Shown: positions 33,533 to 43,229 of the stretch, one piece after another
Layout of the letters: each line of letters starts with the position of its first letter
Position numbering within the stretch: the stretch's first letter is position 1
Origin: Acidimicrobiales bacterium
GTDB lineage: Bacteria; Actinomycetota; Acidimicrobiia; Acidimicrobiales; SZUA-35
Direction of reading: 5' to 3'
Length of the DNA stretch: 61,178 nt
NCBI GenBank assembly: GCA_038212405.1
Contig: JBBQUN010000002.1
Coordinates: 1-61,178, forward strand
Position numbers and translations under genes: made by a program
Notes under the pieces: model-generated
Told to the model about the DNA's origin: nothing
What the model saw: the letters and a program-made list of their open reading frames with translations, nothing else
Database searches by the model: none

Positions 33533-35608
33533 TTAGCCGAGGGCGCTAAGAGCAGCGTGAGTTGTGACACTGGCATCGTGCTGGGTTCGCAACAAACGAA
33601 GTTGGCGCATGCCTTGTTGATGCCCTTTTCCCTGATCGACCTTCTGCTTTTCACCGTTGATCGTGAGCTGGCGAAAGTTGTCGAGCACGATGGTTTGGCC
33701 TCGGCCGTTTGCTTCGATCAGTTCCTTGGGCGTCGCGGGGTTCGAGTCGGCGCAGTAGAGAATTGATGCGGTCGATCCATCCTCGTAGCCAATGAGGAGA
33801 TGGTGAGTGTCGTGATGATCGACCCCCGGAGTGAGTGAATGGACCGCGGTTACTTCTTGATCGCCGGCGAGGTAGTGGCAGGTGTCGATGAAGTGGCAGA
33901 CCTCGCCGAGGAGGCGCCCTCCCTCTCGTCGGTCGCTGTACCAGTGACTGGTTGCAAGCGGCCCCGCATTGACCCGGTAGGTCACGTGGATCGGTCCGGA
34001 CCCGGATTCGAGCGACGTGCGGGCAGCAACGGCCATGGGGGAGTATCGACGGTTGAAGCCGACGTACAGCCTGCCGTCGTTGCGTTCGATCGCTGCTTCC
34101 ACCGCCTCGAGCTGCTCCCAGGAAATGGCGAGAGGTTTCTCGCAGTACACGTGCTTGCCAGCATCGAGTCCTGCGATGACGTACTCGGCATGCGACGAGT
34201 GCGGGGTGGCGACGACGAGCACATCGACGTCGGGGTCATTGATCACGGCGTAAGCGTCACTCGAAGCCTTCGGAATCGACTCGCGTTCGGCGACACGCGT
34301 GGCGGAAACGCCGGAAGCCGAGGCGATGTGTACGACCGAGCCGTAGCCGGCTTCCTTGAGTGAAGGAATGATGACGCCACGTACGAAGTTGCCGGCGCCG
34401 AGGATGCCGACTCGGGGAGCGTTCGGCATCGGCTTCGTCGACCGCAAGGGTGCTGACGTGCGGACTGTGCGCTCGAGTTTGGCGGTGCGCGAATACGTGA
34501 GGACCACGCCGATCGGGTGCGCGTCCTTCGCGTCGAGAACGTCATAGGCCTTCTCGGCTTGGGCAATGTCGAAGCGATGCGTTACAAGATCGTCGACTGC
34601 GAGCCGAGCTGATGACATCAGGTCGATGACTGCCTCGAGGTTGCGGCCTTCGGTCCATCGGACGTGCCCGATGGGATAGTCGACGCCCCAATCCTCGTAG
34701 CTGCGGTCGTAACGCCCAGGTCCGTAGCTGCGTGCGAGTTTGAGATCGAGTTCCTTCATGTAGAAATCATTGCGATTGAGATCGAGCCCGATGTCGCCCA
34801 CAGCCACCACGGTTGCTCGGTCCCGGCAACGATCGGGAACAGCCTTGATGATGCCCGAGTTGCCGGTGGCGCCTGCCGTGATGATCACGGTGTCGGCGCC
34901 GCGCCCTCGGCTCCAGTCGATGACTGCTGCGGTGGTGTCAGACCCTCGCTCGATGCTGCCGTTCACGCCGTGCATTGCGGCCATGTCGATGAGTCGCTGA
35001 TCAAAATCGATACCGAACACGTCGCATCCGGAGGCGACCGCCATGCGGGCCGTGAGCTGACCGATGAGGCCCAATCCGACCACCAGGACCTTCGAACCCA
35101 GACGAGTGTCGGCTTGGCGAAGGCCGTGCAGCCCGACGGAGGCGACCGTGGCGAACGATGCCTGTTCGAAGCTGACGTTGTCGGGGAGCTTCGCTGCAAG
35201 AACCCAGGGGACCGTCTGGAACTCGGCGTGTGAGGCGAAACCGCCGCCGCCGGTGGCCACTCGGTCGCCGATCTGTAGGCCTCGCACTGCGGAACCGGCT
35301 TCGATGATCGTGCCGGAACCGGAATAGCCCAGTGCCAAATCGTCGGCCAGGCGGCTGCGCACGGCTGCGATGGTCGGCTTCAGGCCGTCGGTCTTCACCT
35401 TTGAAATGACCTGCTTGACCAGGTCGGGGCGAGCCTTCGCCTTCTCCAGGAGGCTTGACTGAGCCAGCTTGGTGACGGCCCGTTCGGTTCCTGCCGAGAT
35501 CAAGGTGGCCTCGGTCTGCACCAAAACCGACACGCTGTTCATGAGCGGGGCCGGAGCCTCCACCACCGCAACAGGGCCGCCGCCGGCCGATTGCACTACC
35601 TGTTTCAC
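33533..35608 (-). CDS. Bi-domain oxidoreductase (MDR zinc-ADH-like N-domain + Gfo/Idh/MocA C-domain)
   Basis: GTG 35608 (VKQVVQSAGGGPVAVVEAPAP..) is preceded by AAGGGAG. The MDR part has SAGTERA, GYSGSGTIIEAGS, VLVVGLGLIGQL. The Gfo/Idh/MocA part has RVGILGAGNFVRG..VLVVATPHSSHAEY..AGKHVYCEKPLA. The 169 codons upstream in the 860-aa ORF are rejected. Confidence 0.8.
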   Translation of the reverse strand: MKQVVQSAGGGPVAVVEAPAPLMNSVSVLVQTEATLISAGTERAVTKLAQSSLLEKAKARPDLVKQVISKVKTDGLKPTIAAVRSRLADDLALGYSGSGTIIEAGSAVRGLQIGDRVATGGGGFASHAEFQTVPWVLAAKLPDNVSFEQASFATVASVGLHGLRQADTRLGSKVLVVGLGLIGQLTARMAVASGCDVFGIDFDQRLIDMAAMHGVNGSIERGSDTTAAVIDWSRGRGADTVIITAGATGNSGIIKAVPDRCRDRATVVAVGDIGLDLNRNDFYMKELDLKLARSYGPGRYDRSYEDWGVDYPIGHVRWTEGRNLEAVIDLMSSARLAVDDLVTHRFDIAQAEKAYDVLDAKDAHPIGVVLTYSRTAKLERTVRTSAPLRSTKPMPNAPRVGILGAGNFVRGVIIPSLKEAGYGSVVHIASASGVSATRVAERESIPKASSDAYAVINDPDVDVLVVATPHSSHAEYVIAGLDAGKHVYCEKPLAISWEQLEAVEAAIERNDGRLYVGFNRRYSPMAVAARTSLESGSGPIHVTYRVNAGPLATSHWYSDRREGGRLLGEVCHFIDTCHYLAGDQEVTAVHSLTPGVDHHDTHHLLIGYEDGSTASILYCADSNPATPKELIEANGRGQTIVLDNFRQLTINGEKQKVDQGKGHQQGMRQLRLLRTQHDASVTTHAALSALG

Positions 35609-36019
35609 GAATGAGACTCCCTTGAGTTGTCGCCCCTGCGGTGAAGGCGGGACAACGCTGCTCGTATCCCAGTCGGACCGGGCAGCCCGATCGATAGTAG
35701 TTCTGACTACGCTGCTTCGGGCGATTCGACGAGGTCTGTGGCAGTTTGCCCAGGAATCCAGCACATCTGCCTGTTCTGGACGGGACGAACACCTGCGAGG
35801 ATCGGCGACCAGCCGACAACAGTGTTGGCAACGGCGACGAGATAGGGCAATGGTGGGCGACGACGAGACGATGGCGACGTACGCTCGATGCTCGCGTCCT
35901 GAGAGTTCGCGACCATTGGCGCCTCTCAAACGTCTGGGTGGCGTGGCTGTGGTCGGCGAGCTGGGTCTTGCGGACCGAACCGGTGTCACGTGAGAGCATC
36001 GAAGGAACCTGCGCAGACT

Positions 36020-37200
36020 ATGAGAATCGGCTTTTTGACATCGGTGCCGCTCACGGTCGAGGCATTTTTTCTCGATTGGCTGGCGGAGTGGCAGGAGCGC
36101 GGCTGGGACGTTCACGTTGCTGCCGGTGGTCTTCGACCGGCCGATCTGACCTGCACTCGTACACCCACTTGAAGCGGATGTCTCAGAACCCCTCGCTCGA
36201 CTCGGTTGCGGCTGTTTACGAGCTGAGCAAGTGGCGAGCTGGCAAGAATCTCGACCTGGTGATCGTCAACACCGCAACCGTCTCGGCCGCCTACCGTTTA
36301 CTGCCCAAGGACGATGATGTGGCCTCGGTGTACTTCTGTCACGGCCTGCACTTCGATGGCCACACCGACAGCATCGGCGACAAACTGCTCGCCCGAGCCG
36401 AAGAGCTGTTGACCCATCGAACTGACGCTGCGGTCTGCATGAATGGTTTCGATCATGGGTTCTTCCTGGATCGCATGCCCGGGCATCGTGTGCTCCGACT
36501 GCCTGCGGGCGTCGGCCTGAACGCTGATTCGTGGATCCCGTTCATCAGGCCGTCGCTCACGAGTAGTCGGCCGGATCGCCCACTCCGGATTGTCTGGATG
36601 GGCTACTTCGTAGGGCGCAAGCGTCCGCTCGATGCCATCCGTGTGCTTGCCCGCCTGAGGGCCACCCCAGGGGTTGGCTACTCGGTTCTCCACGCTCAGC
36701 TGGAAATGTTGGGCGAGGGGCCGTTGATGGACGAGGCCAGGGCGCTGGCCGAACAACTCGACCTCCACAACGCCGTCTCGTTCCGGGGCCACGTCGACCC
36801 TCGTTCCTCTATGCAGCACGCTGATGTACTGCTGCACACGGCGAACTGGGAGGGCTACTGCCGCACCCTCATGGAAGCGGCCTACATCAAGCTTCCTGCC
36901 GTGTCCTACGCGGTCAAAGGCTGCGTCGATGTGGATGGCACGGTGGCGGTTGGTCAACCTGGCGACATCACGGCCCTGACCAATGCGCTCGTCGCCATTG
37001 CTGACGGGGAGTGCTTCGAGCCTCGGCGAGTCGACGCGTCGTGGGAAGCAGCATTCGAAACGGTGACTGCCTTCCTGCTTCGAGAATTCGGTGACCAGAC
37101 GACGATCGACCTACGCGACATCATCGAACTCGATCGACGAATCGTTGATCTGGATCTTGTGGAATCGCAAGAACCGGAAGGCTCGAGCGGGCGCGGCTAG
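36020..37200 (+). pseudogene. GT4 glycosyltransferase interrupted by a frameshift near nt 36110-36175
   Basis: The N-terminus MRIGFLTSVPLTVEAFFLDWLAEWQERGWDVHVAAGG is read from ATG 36020 and stops at TGA 36170-36172. The rest of a typical GT4 continues in another frame to 37200: LDLVIVNTATVSA, RIVWMGYFVGRKRPLDAI, LLHTANWEGYCRTLMEAAYIKLPAV. Confidence 0.65.
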
Positions 37201-37396
37201 CACACCGGTCTGGGTTTTGTTGCGAGCACGTTGCGGTCTGGTGGTTGCGTAGCCGTCGGCGGATCTGAACCGAGCGGAGGAGATCGTGGTGTCGCAAGGC
37301 GGGGACGCCATGTTCTCTTCCAAACCTGGGTGAGGTAGACCGTTGGTTGCTGGGTGCTTCTGCTCCAGATGACGAGACATCGAGTCTCTACTATCA

Positions 37397-39361
37397 ATGT
37401 TTGATCAGCTCACCGAGAAGTCGGTGTCCATCCACCCCATGTCCATCGTTGTCGACGAAGGTGTTGGCACATGGGCGATCACCACTGCAGTGAATGAACA
37501 GCAAGAAATGATTGGCGGTCCCATGAACGAATTCCCAGCTTGGATCAAGAAGAGTCGGCCCCTCGGGCTCGGACTTCTCGGGGCCGCCGCATGGCTGGCC
37601 GCCCTCGGCATGGCAACAGCCACCCGGCTCTCCATCGCGGACACTGGCGTCATGTGGCGGCCGCTGATCGGTCTGGCCCTCATTGCGGCGCTCACCCAGG
37701 CCGCGTGTGACACCTGGCAGCGTGGCCTGCTCGGAGCCTTCCGGATCGGGTCGGTCGATGAGGCCATGTCGGTCATCAAGACCTGGTCGATCACCTCAGT
37801 GGTGGTTGCTTTCTCCAACTACTTCCTCCTCGGTCGCCCAGTTCCAACGATCGCACTGGCGCTGTCGCTGCCGCTGGCGCTCACCACCATGCTCGGTGCT
37901 CGCTTTGCCTGGAGCCTCTTCCAGCGCTCGCTGCGGCGCCCGTCGATCGATTCACGGTCGAAGAAGGTCATCGTGTTCGGCGCCGGCGAAGGCGGCGACC
38001 AGATCATTCGGGCCATGCTCAATGATCGCTCCAGCCGCTACGTGCCGGTCGCCCTCATCGACGACGACCCGGCGAAAGCCCGTCGCCAAATCATGGGCGT
38101 GCACGTGAAGGGCACCAGCAAGGACCTGGTCGCGGTCAAGAGCGTGACCGGTGCCGAGGTGTTGCTGATCGCCATTCCCTCGGCCAAGGCGTCGCTGATC
38201 TCCCAGGTCGATGAGCTCGGGCAGAAGGCCGGGCTCGACGTCCGAGTGCTGCCTTCGACAACCGAACTGGTGGGTTTGCTCTCGGCTGGTGACATCCGCG
38301 AACTCACCGAGGCCGATCTGCTCGGCCGAGACGAGGTCGACGTCGACATGGTCTCGATCCGCTCCTACCTTTCGGGCAAGCGGGTGCTGGTGACCGGCGC
38401 CGGTGGTTCGATCGGTAGCGAACTGGCCCGTCAGCTGGCCCAGCTCGACTGTGAATCGCTCATCATGCTCGATCGAGACGAGTCTGGCCTTCATGGCACA
38501 CAGCTCGCCATCGAAGGCAAGGCGCTGCTCGACACTCGCTGCCTGGTGGTAGCCGACATTCGTGACCGTGAGCGAGTGTTCGAAGTGTTCGCGGAGCACC
38601 AGCCGCATGTGGTGTTCCACACCGCCGCTCTCAAGCACCTCACGCTGCTCGAGCAGTACCCGGAAGAAGGTCGCAAGACCAACGTCGAGGGCTCACGCAA
38701 CCTGCTCGACGCCGCCGAGGCGGTCGGCGTCGAATGCTACGTGAACGTCAGCACCGACAAAGCCGCTGACCCGACCAGCGTGCTCGGTCGAACCAAGCTC
38801 GAAGCCGAGAAGCTCACCGCAGCGAAAGCGTCGACTGCCGACGGCAAGTTCGTTTCGGTCCGCTTCGGCAATGTGCTCGGTTCCCGTGGTTCGGTGCTCC
38901 CCATCTTCCGCCACCAGATCCAAAAGGGCGGACCGATCACCGTCACCCACCCTGACGTCACCCGCTACTTCATGACGATCCCCGAAGCGGTTCGACTGGT
39001 GCTCCAGGCTGGCGCCATCGGCAGACCGGCCGAGGTCATGATCCTCGACATGGGCGAGCCGGTGAAGATCGTCGATCTGGCCAACCAACTGATCCGGCAT
39101 TTCGGTGCCGACGTCGACATCGTGTTCACCGGTCTGCGCCCCGGTGAGAAGATGGACGAGATCCTCATCTCACAGACCGAGATCGCGGTCACCCGCGAAC
39201 ACCCCCGGATCATGCACGCCATGCCCCATGACGGGCGGACGGCCTCTTCTGTTGAGGCAAGCACTTCTGGCCAGGGCGCAACCGACGATGACATCGTTCA
39301 GGCCGGAACGACGGCCGGCAAGCCGCCTCCCGCTTGCACCGGGTTGACCACAGTGGTGTAG
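37397..39361 (+). CDS. Membrane-bound nucleotide-sugar 4,6-dehydratase (CapD/PglF/WbpM-like), copy 2
   Basis: Up to 654 aa; the start is uncertain and may be MNEFPAWIKK. It has the same domain order and long identical peptide blocks as copy 1: VLVTGAGGSIGSELARQL, IMLDRDE, AALKHLTLLE, VSVRFGNVLGSRGSVLP, ITVTHP.VTRYFMTIPEAVRLVLQAGAIGRP. Confidence 0.85.
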   Translation: MFDQLTEKSVSIHPMSIVVDEGVGTWAITTAVNEQQEMIGGPMNEFPAWIKKSRPLGLGLLGAAAWLAALGMATATRLSIADTGVMWRPLIGLALIAALTQAACDTWQRGLLGAFRIGSVDEAMSVIKTWSITSVVVAFSNYFLLGRPVPTIALALSLPLALTTMLGARFAWSLFQRSLRRPSIDSRSKKVIVFGAGEGGDQIIRAMLNDRSSRYVPVALIDDDPAKARRQIMGVHVKGTSKDLVAVKSVTGAEVLLIAIPSAKASLISQVDELGQKAGLDVRVLPSTTELVGLLSAGDIRELTEADLLGRDEVDVDMVSIRSYLSGKRVLVTGAGGSIGSELARQLAQLDCESLIMLDRDESGLHGTQLAIEGKALLDTRCLVVADIRDRERVFEVFAEHQPHVVFHTAALKHLTLLEQYPEEGRKTNVEGSRNLLDAAEAVGVECYVNVSTDKAADPTSVLGRTKLEAEKLTAAKASTADGKFVSVRFGNVLGSRGSVLPIFRHQIQKGGPITVTHPDVTRYFMTIPEAVRLVLQAGAIGRPAEVMILDMGEPVKIVDLANQLIRHFGADVDIVFTGLRPGEKMDEILISQTEIAVTREHPRIMHAMPHDGRTASSVEASTSGQGATDDDIVQAGTTAGKPPPACTGLTTVV

Positions 39362-39391
39362 TGGATCGGTGTCGCGGTGCGGTGTCGCGAT

Positions 39392-39414
39392 CCAAGTGGC
39401 CGCCGCACACTTGG
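39392..39414. terminator. Candidate hairpin between the convergent capD-like and regulator genes
   Basis: CCAAGTG (39392-39398), a 9-nt loop, then CACTTGG (39408-39414). It lies in the 102-bp gap between two converging stops. There is no U-tract. Confidence 0.25.
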
Positions 39415-39463
39415 ACCGCTCCCAAAAGTTAGAGACTCCAAGCAACAGCGTTGCAACGACGCC

Positions 39464-42400
39464 TCAGCGAAGGCTGATGATGCGCTTTTGCCACAACACC
39501 GAGCCTGAGCGTTGTGCCAGCTCGGCGGCGGCGTCGAGCAGGACTGAGCGTTCAGCCGAGCCCTCTGGCAGTAATCTGGCCAACGAGACGTCGGCTGGCC
39601 CACGGTCGATGACCCCGGTACCGAGAATGACGATGGTGCCCGACAGCGGCTGAAGGACGCGGGAGATTTCGTTGGCGATCGAGCGATCACCACGATCCCT
39701 GGCAGCGACAGCGATGTCGACCAACGAGGCCGCCATCGTCGGGCCGAGCGAATGCCGCCACGACTCCATCGTTGCCACCGGCGGTCGTGTGCGCTCGATG
39801 GCCTCGTCGACGCGACCAGCGCCCATCAGAGCGCTGGCGATGGCCGACTGGACTGGCCCGTGCGCCAACGCGCCGGGTACCTGGAGGAGCTTGGGGAGGA
39901 GAGACCCATGGGTCCCGTCGATCCAGTGGGCGAAGAACAACTGAGCGAGCCGGGCTTCGTCGGCGCCGACAAGGGCGAAACGCCGGCCAAGAGCGTGCGC
40001 CTCGCTCGAGCGACGTTCGGCTTCCACGCGGTCGTCGTTGGCCATGGACAGCATCGAACGAACGAGCCCGGCATGCCACTGCGCCCTCACCGATTCGAGC
40101 TTGACGCCAAGATGTTCGAAGACCTCGAGCGCTTCGACTGCCCGTTCTGTTTGCCCCAGCACATAGAGCTCGGCCATCTCGAGTTGACTGGCAACCAACT
40201 GTTGATCATCGGTCAGGGACGACGCCGAGGAGGTGAGGGCGGCTCGAATTCGGTCGAGTCGGTCGGTGGGGTGGGCGAACACATTGACGAAGTGCTCGGC
40301 CCGGGCCAATTCGTGCCGGTCGAGCGGATCGGTCGACTCGTGCGCCTCGGCCAGGTAGCGCTCGGAACAGGGCCGATCGCCGATATCGGCGGCCAGGATC
40401 GACAGGGCAATCGCTCGTTGGCCACGCGACCGTGGGCCGAGTCGATCGCTCGGAATGCGCTCGAGTAAGCCGAGCCGTTCGGGTTGGCCGTATCGGGCAG
40501 TGTCATCATGCTGACCCGCGAGCACCAGATCGAGCGCCAACTCCCAATCGTCGACCTCAGCAGCCAGCGCGAAGGCGGCGGCACGCGCCGTGTCGGCCTC
40601 GTCATGCTGGCCAACGCGACTGAGGCACACCGCCATCTGACCCCGGGCAACAGCCCCGAGCGATCCGTCAGCCAGCTTGTCGGCGGTGCGTAGATCGCTG
40701 AGCGCGTTGCTGACCGACCCGTGGCGAAGGTGATCCTGGGCCGATGCTTCCAACGCAGCCAGCACCACGGCCTCGTCGAACGCTGGCGCAGCCGCCAGGA
40801 GATGGTGGGCCCGGGCATGTGACGACGTTGCCGATGCGACGGCAGAAGCGTGCATGGTCCGAAGCTGGGAACGAGTGACGGCATTCTTGAACGCCAGCGC
40901 AGCAGGGGAGTGCTGCACTCGATAGGCATCGAACCGAGGGCCGTCGATCAACAAGCCCCGGTCGGTCAGACGGTCGAGCGATTCGAGTGTTTCGTCGATC
41001 GTGTGGCCAGAAACCGTGGCGATCGCAGACAACCGGGCAGACTCGCTGACGCCCTGTCCGAGCACCGACACCGCCGAGCCGACGAGTACATCTTGGTCGT
41101 GGAGTCCGTTCAGCAGCGAGGTCACCACGTCGTCGGGCGAACCGAGGGAGGACGGAGGTTCGAACGTCACCGGATCGGTGGCATCGAAGACCGCATGCAG
41201 GAGACTGGGGAGACCGCCCGAGAGATGCAAGGCGGCCTCGGCCAGTGGAGCGACGGCGGCTGCTGAAGCAGTCGGAAAGGCCAGCTTGACGGACTGGGTG
41301 ACGGCTTCCAGGTCGAGCGGTTCGAGCACGATGGTCGAGCGATTGTGCCCATCAGTACCGGCGAGCACCGCCGGCGTTTGGCCTCGAAGGGATGCAGTCA
41401 ACAACGTCAGATTGCGTACCGAACTTCCGCGGACGAGGAACCCGAGGAGTTGGGCACTTGGCGTGTCGAGGTGCTCGGCGTCATCCACGACCAACACCAA
41501 CGGTCGATCTGACACCGACCGTTCGACCAGGTCAGCGGCACGGCTCCATAAAACGGTCTGATGGATGGCGTACGTCGTGGAGTGGTCGTCGACACCGGTG
41601 TGTGTGGGTCCATGGTGCTCAGCCAGCCGTTCGGCCAAGGTTTCCAGGGCAGGTCGAAGTTCGGGGAGAGCGGCGAGCGCGTCTTCATAGGCAAGCGAGG
41701 AGGGGCTGGCGTTGACGAAGCGGACGGCTGCTCCTCCGTCGAACAACACTCTGGCAACCCGGGCCAGGAAGCGGCTCTTGCCTGCCGCCCAGTCGCCCTC
41801 GATCGCCAAATGTCGAGTTGAGGTGGCTGCCCTCAACCATTCGACGGCGTTGCCAAGCTGGGCGTCACGTCGCACAGCAGCTTCGGAGGCAGCGACCGTC
41901 AGCTGCTCAGGGAACCGCCGGGCGAGGTCGGCGGGTTGGGCAGAGCGACTCGTGGTCGGGAGACGACGCGCAGCAAGGGAGTCGGCGAACTCGTCGAGTG
42001 AGCGGCACGCCGCGTTACCCAGCTCGTGGCGAAGGATCGCGCTGTTGGTTTCGACCGTGGCCATGGCGCGGGCTCGCTCGCCGGCATTGGCGTCGGCGGT
42101 TGCGGACAACGTGGTGAGGTGCTCGTCGAACGGATCGGCGAGGGCGGAGGACCGCATGACGTCTCTGATCGCGACCGACACTGGACCGTGCTGCTCGGTC
42201 ACGAAGGCGTCGAGCACTCGCCTGCGTGCGGCGAGGATCTGATTGGTCGACTGGGCCAGTCGATCGCTCGGATCGACCCCTTCGTAGGGAACGGTCGGCT
42301 CCAGAAGCCAAACGAGGTCGTCGGTCCATTCGGTTGCGGTGCGTGGGGCCAGGAGCAGCCAGGCGTCGACATCGGCCGGGGCGAGATCGAGGCGGCACAC

Positions 42401-42682
42401 CCCGCCCCTGGTTGGGACCTCGGCCGGAGCCAGCATGATCCGGAGCCGGGAAAGGTGGTTGCGTAGCGAGGCCGACCACGACGTAGGCAGCGTGTCGCCC
42501 CATAACTCGTTGGCGACCGAGTCGATGGGAAGACCACTGGGGCCGGCGGCCACGAGCACAGCCAACAGATGACGGTGTACCCGAGACAGCGAATGATGGG
42601 TGCCATCTGGCCCATCAACCGCAATTGGCCCCAATACTCGTAACACCCTGCTTACTCCCTCGTCGTGATGGCGGTTGCTCAA
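39464..42682 (-). CDS. Large SARP/AfsR-like regulator (winged-helix DNA-binding + BTAD + P-loop NTPase + helical repeats)
   Basis: 1072 aa. The N-terminus LRVLGPIAVDGPDGTHHSLSRVHRHLLAVLV...SVANELWGD...SLRNHLSRLR has the OmpR/SARP pattern, followed by a BTAD-like helix region. Walker A is EGDWAAGKSRF and Walker B LVLVVDDAEHLD. The C-terminal half is long and Ala/Leu-rich, TPR-like. Confidence 0.75.
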   Translation of the reverse strand: MSNRHHDEGVSRVLRVLGPIAVDGPDGTHHSLSRVHRHLLAVLVAAGPSGLPIDSVANELWGDTLPTSWSASLRNHLSRLRIMLAPAEVPTRGGVCRLDLAPADVDAWLLLAPRTATEWTDDLVWLLEPTVPYEGVDPSDRLAQSTNQILAARRRVLDAFVTEQHGPVSVAIRDVMRSSALADPFDEHLTTLSATADANAGERARAMATVETNSAILRHELGNAACRSLDEFADSLAARRLPTTSRSAQPADLARRFPEQLTVAASEAAVRRDAQLGNAVEWLRAATSTRHLAIEGDWAAGKSRFLARVARVLFDGGAAVRFVNASPSSLAYEDALAALPELRPALETLAERLAEHHGPTHTGVDDHSTTYAIHQTVLWSRAADLVERSVSDRPLVLVVDDAEHLDTPSAQLLGFLVRGSSVRNLTLLTASLRGQTPAVLAGTDGHNRSTIVLEPLDLEAVTQSVKLAFPTASAAAVAPLAEAALHLSGGLPSLLHAVFDATDPVTFEPPSSLGSPDDVVTSLLNGLHDQDVLVGSAVSVLGQGVSESARLSAIATVSGHTIDETLESLDRLTDRGLLIDGPRFDAYRVQHSPAALAFKNAVTRSQLRTMHASAVASATSSHARAHHLLAAAPAFDEAVVLAALEASAQDHLRHGSVSNALSDLRTADKLADGSLGAVARGQMAVCLSRVGQHDEADTARAAAFALAAEVDDWELALDLVLAGQHDDTARYGQPERLGLLERIPSDRLGPRSRGQRAIALSILAADIGDRPCSERYLAEAHESTDPLDRHELARAEHFVNVFAHPTDRLDRIRAALTSSASSLTDDQQLVASQLEMAELYVLGQTERAVEALEVFEHLGVKLESVRAQWHAGLVRSMLSMANDDRVEAERRSSEAHALGRRFALVGADEARLAQLFFAHWIDGTHGSLLPKLLQVPGALAHGPVQSAIASALMGAGRVDEAIERTRPPVATMESWRHSLGPTMAASLVDIAVAARDRGDRSIANEISRVLQPLSGTIVILGTGVIDRGPADVSLARLLPEGSAERSVLLDAAAELAQRSGSVLWQKRIISLR

Positions 42683-43229
42683 ACTCCTTGCGACGCTGCC
42701 AGGCCATCAAGGCAGAGGAAGGCGGCCGCAACGCTAGCACCTGACATCGGTTGTGCGAGTTGTCTGAACGAGCAGGTCGCGACGTCCTCGAGAACCACCG
42801 TTGCCACAACGAAGTTGAGCAGTCCGCCGCCAAACGAAGACTCGATTCGACCAGATGAACGACTCGACCGTGTCCACGGAGTTGCCGAGTGGAGGAATAT
42901 CGACGATTTCTCGTTTCTCGACAGGCGTCGTATTAACGTTCGGGTATCGGACGTTTTCATTTCTTGCCTAAAAAAGAGCTGCGCTACTTGCCAGACCGGC
43001 GTGTTCCGTCTTGGGTGGCGGCCACACCTCCTGCGATCGCCGCGCCAATCGGTGCACCCCGACCTATCGAGCGAGCCGAGGCCGACTCGCTGCGAGAACT
43101 GTTGTTCGTTCCGTTCATCGACCTGCGCGATCAACGTCACACCCCAATCGCTGGTGATGCGTCGGTCAGTCCCTTCGACAGCTTCGAGTCGAGCCACGAT
43201 GCTGATCGCGCATCGACGGCCGGTCGCTC

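Noticed and set aside
35609-36115. N-terminal 169 codons of the 860-aa ORF 33533..36115
   Set aside because: The residues are Arg/Ser/Pro-rich junk (..RERHRCQKADSHSLRRFLRCSH..). The canonical oxidoreductase N-terminus (VKQVVQS..VVEAPAP) starts at GTG 35608 behind a good RBS. The extension would also run into the divergent GT4 promoter region.
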